Below are positions 36,301 to 42,239 of a stretch of 42,239 nucleotides of DNA, in pieces (positions within the stretch are counted from its first letter, which is position 1; each line of letters opens with the position of its first letter). The stretch lies in UHGV virus genome UHGV-0380056; one strand, written 5' to 3'. The notes under the pieces are model-generated. The model did no database searches. It was not told where the DNA came from and worked only from the letters and a program-made list of their open reading frames with translations. The position numbers were made by a program, and so were the translations under genes. Source of the stretch: a virus.

Positions 36301-36995
36301 TCCGCTTTATCTACTCCTGATGATAATGCATCCAACTGTGAATCTACTATTTTTGACTGTCTACCAAATTCTTGAAGTTTATTTTCTGCCTTTTCCACCT
36401 GAGGTGAAGCTTGTCCAAACTCTTTACTCATTAAATCTACGGCTGTTTTCTGAGCTACAATTGCTTTTTCAGTTAATTCAGATTGTGTTTTTAATCCACG
36501 CTGTTTAGCGTTAAATGCGCCTACTTTATCTCCAACACTATTGAATGCTTTAATTTCATCATTCATAGCTTTTTCATTATCTTTTAATGCTTGGGTATAT
36601 TTGTCTACACCAGACTCTGCTAAAATGTAAGCTTGCTTAGTAGATGTTAACTCTTTTGAATATTTATTATATTTTGCACTTGCATCATTGATTTGTTTGG
36701 TTACATTTGATACTTGCTTAGATTCTTTTCCATAAGTGTTAATGTAATCTTCTCTACGTTGTTCAAGTATTTGCACTTTTTTTGCTTGAAGTTCTGTAGT
36801 AGTTGTCAAGTCTCTTTGCTTCTGTGCAAGATCACTCATACTGTTAGAGCCTTTTTCCATTGCTGAAATATTGGTCTTCATTGCTGATTCTGTTTGTTTA
36901 ATTGCTCTGTTCAGCTTATCCAATGTGTTTATAGATTCGTCTAGTCCGTCAAATCCAATACCAAACTTCATATTACCAACGGGTCTATCTGCCAT
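33318..36995 (-). CDS. tape measure protein with C-terminal M15 peptidase and lytic transglycosylase (SLT) domains
   Basis: 1225 aa with long coiled coils and transmembrane segments. M15-like SGYRPGDPYSHGKRNAIDIA...DHYDHVHLNG. SLT TESNGNPNAINNWDINAKNGTPSKGLLQV. Confidence 0.85.
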   Translation of the reverse strand: MADRPVGNMKFGIGFDGLDESINTLDKLNRAIKQTESAMKTNISAMEKGSNSMSDLAQKQRDLTTTTELQAKKVQILEQRREDYINTYGKESKQVSNVTKQINDASAKYNKYSKELTSTKQAYILAESGVDKYTQALKDNEKAMNDEIKAFNSVGDKVGAFNAKQRGLKTQSELTEKAIVAQKTAVDLMSKEFGQASPQVEKAENKLQEFGRQSKIVDSQLDALSSGVDKAEKSMKGFSTVGHAIGTTLGNLASGAISRVTGFIGDMTREAITATDSVSKFKKSMDFAGFGGEEIEKATAQMKGYADVTVYGLEDILNTSAQLASNGIPNYMQLTEAAGNLNAVAGGSEETFKSVAMMLTQTAGAGKLTTENWNQLADAIPGASGLLQEAMLTNGAYTGNFREAMEKGEISADEFNAAITELGMNPGAIEAAKSTDTLGGSWDRLKSTVVTAIQGIIEKIGVENITGFINTLSTKIEEAIPKMADFMGKLGEFAKWIADNREPLTWLVGIIGGITLAIKALGIASIVFTTISLTVGGLVVALGALVGALVVAYTKSETFRRIVNAAFQTVWFIVKPIIDGLVQGFKDWWAVMSWLWGKISGWAVNVWNKFGEIKTNVSRAVTETWTGIKKSFSDGIDTVVNWMKDLPTKIGTAISNGKNAVTNAFKGVFNGALKAIGKPVNGIIKGASWVLEKLGAEPLTEWDVPQYATGTPAGGHPINGPMMVNDGRGAETVITPDGRAFIPKGRNVVLNAPKGTHVLTAEETAQLQGSKAPKYRYKKGTNFFGNMWNSVKNVAGNVGNTLKNVVGDVWDFISDPAALARKVIGGLDVLGGLTKYPLEVGKGILSKATSALTEKITDLFSSGNLDTSIGTNGVYKYLADVAKSVMKKFPGFVATSGYRPGDPYSHGKRNAIDIALPGVTGGSSKYTEAANYAFDKFASKIGYVITNGKVRDRSGQSGTGIHNDWRPWPDGDHYDHVHLNGVKDPQNTQISGDSVGGSGVDRWRGIATQALRMTGQYSASNLNALLNQMRTESNGNPNAINNWDINAKNGTPSKGLLQVIDPTFRQYAMPGHNSNIYDPLSNILASIRYALSRYGSLGAAYRGVGYENGGIITKQHMAMVGEGNKEEVVIPLTGSGLKRSRAMQLLAYANEKLNRSQSTPVSGTTSSTNSDMAQILLLLKQQNELLMAILAKDTNVLLDGEKLNSKLQKIQSRNQLNANRDLGLV

Positions 36996-37062
36996 TAATC
37001 ATTCACTCCTTTGTGTACTTTATGTATCTATTATAACATAAAAAAAGACACCTTAGGATTCC

Positions 37063-37622
37063 CTAAAGTGCTTCTCCCTTAGCTTTGGCAAGCTCTGCTG
37101 GATTCATAAATGTACCAAAGAAGTCCATTGCATCTTGCTTCTTCTCTTTCTTTGGTTTGCTGTCTTTCGTAAACAGCTCCATTAATAAATTATAATCTGC
37201 GTTGTTAATCTCTGATAGAGACCATACTCCTGACTCGCTGGATAGAAGGTCAGTATACATTTTATCCAGTGCTTCAAGGTGTTCCTCCCAGCTTATTTCT
37301 GAGAGGTCTTTTTCTCCTTTTTTGCTTGTGCTGCTTCTCCACCGCCAATTGCATTAAATACTCCACCAAGCACTTCTTCTAACTTATCTGCATCAACGCC
37401 ATCAATGATTGTGTCAAAGTTTACTTCTGGATTGTCAAATACATCAGCCACTAACATAATCATTGTGTCAATTTGTTCTAATTCTGTCATTTGTTCTTCG
37501 CCAGATTGTACTTTTTCCATGCGTGCTTGGAATTTTAACATTTCTCGCATTGATCGCACTTTAATTGATTTTTGTTTAAATTCCTTTTGTTTTCCATCAA
37601 TTTCTAATTTTAATGTAATCAT
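37063..37622 (-). CDS. tail assembly chaperone G-T fusion, made by -1 programmed frameshift at A_AAA_AAG (37327..37333)
   Basis: G ends ...GGEAAQAKKEKKTSQK*. The slippery heptamer gcA AAA AAG lies in the zero frame. The -1 frame reads ...KRRKRPLRNKLGGTP*SPG... into MYTDLLSSESGV. Confidence 0.6.
37293..37622 (-). CDS. tail assembly chaperone G
   Basis: 109 aa, between the major tail and tape measure genes. Confidence 0.65.
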   Translation of the reverse strand: MITLKLEIDGKQKEFKQKSIKVRSMREMLKFQARMEKVQSGEEQMTELEQIDTMIMLVADVFDNPEVNFDTIIDGVDADKLEEVLGGVFNAIGGGEAAQAKKEKKTSQK

Positions 37623-37690
37623 CTTAAATCCTCCAATAGTTTTATTTGTCTACTAATTTAGTATAGCATATAATCCCTTATTTGTGGATA

Positions 37691-37720
37691 ATAAAAAACC
37701 TAACCAATTAAGGTTAGGTT
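37691..37720 (-). terminator. rho-independent terminator after the major tail protein gene
   Basis: Minus strand aacctaacc-ttaatt-ggttaggtt followed by tttttt. Confidence 0.65.
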
Positions 37721-37726
37721 AATTCA

Positions 37727-38296
37727 TCAACCGCTAACAACGTTATTTACTTTGTCAACGAATTTATCCAACGTAACTGTATCTGATTCTACAGCATGCA
37801 TGAATGCAATACCACGTGAGTCTGTTACAAATGAACCTTCAATAGATTCAGTGCCTGGCTCTGTTCCGCCTGATTCAGTTGTTGCAAGGTTCATTTCTGG
37901 ATGACTGAAACGTCCTTTTGTTAGACCTAGAAATACATCTTTACCTTCTGGATTACTTGAAACAAACACCACTGACACATATGGTGCTTCTGTGTCTTCT
38001 CCAACTGAGGCAATCCCATCAGGATCACGAGTAATACCTAAAACCTTTTCATAAACACCATTTTTGTAAAGGTCAAACACGTTAAGTGTTGCTTGAACTT
38101 CACCAACACCTTTAGCTGACACCCAAATTGGTACATTAGATGCATACACTGTTGTTTGTTCTGGTGAAATACCTGTAATACTTGACTCAATAGTACCTCC
38201 ACCTGTTTTATCAATTGTTAACTTTTCAATTACGCCCTCAGCGTTTTTTACACTGATGATTGCTTTTTCGAATCCGATTAAAGCGATAATAATCAC
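37727..38296 (-). CDS. major tail protein
   Basis: 189 aa, upstream of G/GT, followed by a terminator. Confidence 0.7.
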   Translation of the reverse strand: MIIIALIGFEKAIISVKNAEGVIEKLTIDKTGGGTIESSITGISPEQTTVYASNVPIWVSAKGVGEVQATLNVFDLYKNGVYEKVLGITRDPDGIASVGEDTEAPYVSVVFVSSNPEGKDVFLGLTKGRFSHPEMNLATTESGGTEPGTESIEGSFVTDSRGIAFMHAVESDTVTLDKFVDKVNNVVSG

Positions 38297-38357
38297 GTCC
38301 TTTGATTTATTTTTATTACTAAAGTAATTATATCATAAATAAGCCACGGTGTGTTGA

Positions 38358-38915
38358 CTAACAAATATAGTTAAAGGTACATTTGTTATGTGTCTTTCGC
38401 TGACCGTTTAGACATTTGTTAATATGTCCTTTATCAAAACCAAGCTCGTTTGAAATGTCTGATACTAGCTGATAATTACGTGTATTACCATCATAAAATG
38501 TGACGCCAATATGTTTGTATTTAAACCCTAACATTGTCTCTGCTTTTATTTTCTGAATTTCTTTTGAGAAAACTTGGCTTTTTCTGCATTCACGTATTTT
38601 TTGCTTTGCTTCTACACTATGTCTTCTACCCCGCATAACACCTGCTCCTCCGTGACAAATATTATATCCTGTTGTTGTAGTATCGTACGCTTGGATTAGT
38701 TTTATTTCTAATGAGTCAGCCTCGTCTTTGGTTAGTTTATCTACTATAATAAAATGATTAAAGTTATCCCATCCGTATTTCTTGATTGCTCTATAAAAAT
38801 GTTTTGAGTTTGAATATGTTGAGCCATTACCCCATCTATCAGAAACTTTTTGACATGTTTGTCCAACATATTTTTTACCATTAATTTTATTTACATGTAA
38901 ATATACTGTATACAT
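38358..38915 (-). CDS. GIY-YIG homing endonuclease (I-TevI-like, with NUMOD3-like linker) inserted in the tail module
   Basis: MYTVYLHVNKINGKKYVGQT...; ...GRRHSVEAKQKIRE. AAGGAGGG ribosome-binding site 6 nt before ATG 38915. The N-terminal extension in the ORF track is the RBS region. Confidence 0.75.
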   Translation of the reverse strand: MYTVYLHVNKINGKKYVGQTCQKVSDRWGNGSTYSNSKHFYRAIKKYGWDNFNHFIIVDKLTKDEADSLEIKLIQAYDTTTTGYNICHGGAGVMRGRRHSVEAKQKIRECRKSQVFSKEIQKIKAETMLGFKYKHIGVTFYDGNTRNYQLVSDISNELGFDKGHINKCLNGQRKTHNKCTFNYIC

Positions 38916-38963
38916 TGAATCCCTCCTTAGTATACAGTATATCATAGTTTTGGCTCTAGTTGG

Positions 38964-39329
38964 TTAAATAATTCTTTGTGATATAGTATAACGTTTGATT
39001 ATTCTACGTCCACGCTTCAAGTCTAAATCTTGTGTTTCTTCTGTGTAGTCACATTGAACATTATCAGCTCTCATTACTTCATCTAGTTTGAAATAATATT
39101 TACTAGCCTCTTCCACATCTCTAACCCATACATCTACTTGAATAGAAGTATTTAGATAGTTAGGATTCTGTGAAGCGTATGAACCATACTCACCATTTAT
39201 TTGAACAATACGTCCTAAAGGGTATTGTGGATTGGTTTGTTGTTCTTCTTCCACTTGGTTAACAAACCAGTTGATTTCAGGTAGTGCTTGTTCTAATGTT
39301 TCTGCAACTAATAAAATAGGTAGTTTCAT
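38964..39329 (-). CDS. tail terminator-like protein (121 aa)
   Basis: Assigned by position between the gp10-like gene and the major tail gene. Confidence 0.4.
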   Translation of the reverse strand: MKLPILLVAETLEQALPEINWFVNQVEEEQQTNPQYPLGRIVQINGEYGSYASQNPNYLNTSIQVDVWVRDVEEASKYYFKLDEVMRADNVQCDYTEETQDLDLKRGRRIIKRYTISQRII

Positions 39330-39751
39330 CTGCTTAATCTCCTTCTCATCTCATTTTGAATTATTGAGGTTACCTTATTCTCAATGTCTTTCATTGTTTG
39401 TTGCATAAATGGTTGTGGATCGTGTTTAATTGTACCATATTCTACAAAATGCACTCGCCATGCAACTTCCTTGTCAAATCCAACTTCTGACATTGGATTA
39501 CCTTTGTTTGGTTTACTGTAGACAATGTGTTCCTTAGCATGGTCACTGTTTATGTCTGAAACAGGTGTCTTAGACTTCAAATGTTTAGCAGCATAGTCTG
39601 TAGCTAATTCTGTGGATTTCAATTGTGCTTCAACGATTCGTTTATCTACATTATTCAAATATTTATATGCTGATTTAAAATCTACGTAGTTTTTTTTACT
39701 CATATGATTCCTCCACTTCTTGGCAAACCAGTGTGGTGAAATCTCTATCAA
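39326..39751 (-). CDS. HK97 gp10-family tail-completion protein
   Basis: ...EVAWRVHFVEYGTIKHDPQPFMQ. Confidence 0.55.
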   Translation of the reverse strand: MIEISPHWFAKKWRNHMSKKNYVDFKSAYKYLNNVDKRIVEAQLKSTELATDYAAKHLKSKTPVSDINSDHAKEHIVYSKPNKGNPMSEVGFDKEVAWRVHFVEYGTIKHDPQPFMQQTMKDIENKVTSIIQNEMRRRLSR

Positions 39752-40040
39752 ATGACCCTTCTAAAATATTAATAATTCTATACATACGTTTATTAAACAT
39801 AATTCTGTTGCCTACCTCTACAAATTGCCCTGTATCATATCTGATGATAAAGTTTGTTGTGTTCTCAAGCGTAGTACCAAATGTTTGTTGATAGTCTTTG
39901 AAATATTGCTGTTTGACTGAACACCATATCGTTTTAATTGGCATCCACTCCATTACAACTTCAAAGAACTCGTTTCTAGTTTTCTCTTGTTTCATAATTT
40001 GGATACGTCTGTCTAATCGTTGGACTTTAATGTTTGCCAT
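39696..40040 (-). CDS. head closure protein (start probably downstream of 40040)
   Basis: Assigned by position after the gp6-like connector. Confidence 0.45.
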   Translation of the reverse strand: MANIKVQRLDRRIQIMKQEKTRNEFFEVVMEWMPIKTIWCSVKQQYFKDYQQTFGTTLENTTNFIIRYDTGQFVEVGNRIMFNKRMYRIINILEGSFDRDFTTLVCQEVEESYE

Positions 40041-40309
40041 TATACAAGCCCCCTCAATTGATGAATCATAGCGGTGATAGTGAATGGAACTTCTGTAGTG
40101 CCCTGAGCGGCTGATACAACCCGTGTTTCATACCATAGTGCTACTAACATGAATACTACTGTATCCACTCTAGTATCAACTGGTAGCGTTTCAAGATCAA
40201 TTGTACCCAAGATAAACATCTTAGCACCCTCTAGTAACATTTCAATATATTGGTCATCTTCGTCATAATCAATACGTAAGTTGTTTTTGATTTGGTCTAC
40301 TGTTAACAT
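40040..40309 (-). CDS. gp6-like head-tail connector
   Basis: MLTVDQIKNNLRIDYDEDDQYIEMLLEGAKMFI. Confidence 0.6.
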   Translation of the reverse strand: MLTVDQIKNNLRIDYDEDDQYIEMLLEGAKMFILGTIDLETLPVDTRVDTVVFMLVALWYETRVVSAAQGTTEVPFTITAMIHQLRGLV

Positions 40310-40334
40310 TAGTTAACCTCCTTATTTTATTGAT

Positions 40335-40366
40335 AAAAAAAGAGATAAGGCAAGTGCCTTACCTCT
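40335..40366 (-). terminator. rho-independent terminator after the major capsid gene
   Basis: Minus strand agaggtaaggc-actt-gccttatctct followed by ttttttt. Confidence 0.65.
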
Positions 40367-40377
40367 TAAGGTTTAAT

Positions 40378-41703
40378 CTACTCTCCTGGAACTACGGTAG
40401 GTGTGAATGTGATATATTTACCTGCTGCAGGGTCAACTACTTGAGTATCAAAGCGCATAGCCACTGCTAACACTTGACCATAGTACATGTTTTCTACCCA
40501 ACGTACAGATGTGTCAACACGGTCAAAGAATACTGCATACGCACTTGGTTCGCCTAGGAAAGCAACTTTATCACCTTTAGTACCGCCCAACAATTCGTCA
40601 GATACGATTGTTACTGGTAAACCAAGGAATGATTTTCCTGATTTAGCTGTTACGTCTGGTTGTAACAAGTATGTTCCATCACCATTTTTCAATTTATCAA
40701 CTGAGTTATAGAATGATTGAGATACGATAAACTCTAAACGATACGCAGGGTCAAATCCAGTGTTGATAACATCTTTAATATCATCAATTCCTTTTGCTGC
40801 AACTGCTGTTGCTTTACGTAATTCAACTGCGATAGCATCGTTAGCGGTATTAAGTGCTTGACGTTGGATATGACGTGCAATAATTCCGCCTAAATCATCA
40901 TCTGAATCGTCTAAAGCTTCTTGGGCTACAGCTAGTTGTCCACGGTACGTTTCTACATTATATTGGACTTCTGTGAATTGAGGGTTTTCCAAATCTGGAT
41001 TTTTAAGTAATTCTGCAACTGATGCTAGTTTTGCTTGGTTAGATTTCAAGATTGGGTATTTACCAACCGCATGCGAAACTTTTTGAACTGTTACGTGACG
41101 ACGTAAGTCATAAACTGTTTCTGGTAATGTACGTGCTTTGGTAATGATTTCTTCTGGAATGATTGCTGAGCCGTCAACTGATTTCATCCCAGCTAAGTCT
41201 GCAGGTAATGCACGAGTTTCTGGAAGTGAACCTGTTTGTCGTCCGCGTAAGTAATTTAAGAACCCACGTACTTCTGATTTTTCATTATTTGCTACTTCGT
41301 TTCCATCTAATACAACTTTTTCCATATTGATTTCTTCTCCTTCTGGCTCAAATGAGCGCTTCTCTTTTTTATTTTTTTTCAATTCATCTAAATCATCTTT
41401 TAAATCTTGGATGTCATCAATATCTTCGTTAACATCCTCCTGTAGATTTTCCTCATGTTTGCGGTCATCATTTTCAACTTCTTTGTTGCCTTTTTCGATT
41501 TTTTCGTCTGCACCCAGATTATCTTTGTGATCAAGGTCGTTTTCAACGTTTTTTACTTCGTTATCTTCTGATGTTTCAAGTGTTTTTTCTTTTTTTTCTT
41601 GATCATCTTCACCTTTGATGTCAGCGATTAAAGTTTTGGCTTCATCTATGTGACCTTCGTCAATAAGCTGTTGTGCTTTTGCTAACTTTTCTTCACGGTT
41701 CAA
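40378..41703 (-). CDS. major capsid protein (HK97 fold) with an acidic N-terminal delta/scaffold domain
   Basis: The first 130 aa are D/E/K-rich and low-complexity. The C-terminal 300 aa are capsid-like (...AVAQEALDDSDDDLGGIIARHIQRQ...). Confidence 0.8.
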   Translation of the reverse strand: MNREEKLAKAQQLIDEGHIDEAKTLIADIKGEDDQEKKEKTLETSEDNEVKNVENDLDHKDNLGADEKIEKGNKEVENDDRKHEENLQEDVNEDIDDIQDLKDDLDELKKNKKEKRSFEPEGEEINMEKVVLDGNEVANNEKSEVRGFLNYLRGRQTGSLPETRALPADLAGMKSVDGSAIIPEEIITKARTLPETVYDLRRHVTVQKVSHAVGKYPILKSNQAKLASVAELLKNPDLENPQFTEVQYNVETYRGQLAVAQEALDDSDDDLGGIIARHIQRQALNTANDAIAVELRKATAVAAKGIDDIKDVINTGFDPAYRLEFIVSQSFYNSVDKLKNGDGTYLLQPDVTAKSGKSFLGLPVTIVSDELLGGTKGDKVAFLGEPSAYAVFFDRVDTSVRWVENMYYGQVLAVAMRFDTQVVDPAAGKYITFTPTVVPGE

Positions 41704-41768
41704 ATGTTATCACTCCTTTATTTTCTTTCTGAATTAATTATAACATATAACTTAGAAGTTGTGGGGAA

Positions 41769-42239
41769 CTACATTCCCATCAAGTCAAGTGTCAATTGTA
41801 GTTTTTGTTTTTCTAATTCGTTAGAAGCTGACTCCATTGAACGAGTAGCCACACGCACGTCTGTGTCATCATAGGCAGGAATTGAAACTAGTGAAATTTC
41901 AAACAATGAACCAATCTTATTGATTGAACGTGTCATTATGTCTTTACCTTTAGTCCATTTATCTTTTTCTACTGTGAAACCAAACGAGCACTGGTTTAAA
42001 TCTCCACGTTGTACCAACTCCATTGCATCACGTCCAACTGACGTGTTTGGGAGAACACAACGGAAATGTAATCCAATATCATCTATTGTTAATTTCAACG
42101 TTCCACTTGAGGTACGTCCTAATAATTTGCTTGAATCATGGTCTAAAAAGCAACGTACATCACTCAAGTCCACACCATTTAAGGCATCTTTACTAATTGT
42201 TTCTGTGAATCCTCCTAAGTTACGTGACTCAGTATTGAA
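41769..42239 (-). CDS. prohead protease (HK97 family); the frame is open at the window end and continues at 81..1
   Basis: FNTESRNLGGFTETISKDALNGVDLSDVRCFLDHD...SFGFTV...SLVSIPAYDDTDV, with no stop between 42239 and 42171. Confidence 0.7.
   Translation of the reverse strand, partial: FNTESRNLGGFTETISKDALNGVDLSDVRCFLDHDSSKLLGRTSSGTLKLTIDDIGLHFRCVLPNTSVGRDAMELVQRGDLNQCSFGFTVEKDKWTKGKDIMTRSINKIGSLFEISLVSIPAYDDTDVRVATRSMESASNELEKQKLQLTLDLMGM

Noticed and set aside
1-42239. Integrase, excisionase or CI/Cro-type repressor (a temperate lifestyle)
   Set aside because: No tyrosine or serine recombinase motifs and no helix-turn-helix repressor next to the divergent promoters were found anywhere in the complete genome.

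Overview
The window reads as a complete phage genome of about 42.2 kb, written as a circle and opened inside the prohead protease gene. The protease reading frame runs without a stop from position 81 down to 1 and continues in phase from 42239 down to 41769. The phage is a cos-type, HK97-like siphovirus of a low-GC Firmicute. The holin and XhlA-like lysis proteins look staphylococcal; GC content (about 33%) is by eye. No integrase or CI-like repressor is present, so it is probably virulent.

The minus strand carries one long late operon running 6220 -> 1, then 42239 -> 25882. In transcription order it encodes small proteins, a packaging HNH endonuclease, a putative cos region, TerS, TerL, portal, protease, HK97 capsid with an acidic delta domain, connector proteins, major tail, G/GT chaperones with a classic A_AAA_AAG -1 frameshift, a 1225-aa tape measure carrying M15-peptidase and SLT domains, Dit, Tal, receptor-binding protein, holin, XhlA and an amidase_2 endolysin.

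The plus strand (6704..25847) is the early and replication arm. It encodes many small ORFs, a D5/P4-type primase-helicase, a VRR-NUC nuclease, an SF2 helicase, PrimPol, an MBL-fold hydrolase, a divergent family-B DNA polymerase, a Dam-like N6-adenine methyltransferase and an NrdH redoxin.

The most striking feature is an extreme load of free-standing homing endonuclease genes. Seven are NUMOD4/HNH_3 genes and two are GIY-YIG genes; a packaging HNH endonuclease (5014..5403) is listed separately and is not a homing endonuclease. Two of the homing genes carry single in-frame stop codons. The HNH_3 genes are built so that their 3' ends (codons ...YKEE) form the Shine-Dalgarno for the next gene. 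Both GIY-YIG genes have their ribosome-binding site and start codon enclosed in inverted repeats that also contain their own -10 element.

Other notable structure includes an iteron-rich, AT-rich putative origin/switch region between divergent consensus promoters (6244..6700), a repeated promoter-leader cassette used at least seven times, and several palindromes. There is no CRISPR array, and no tRNA was recognised by eye.
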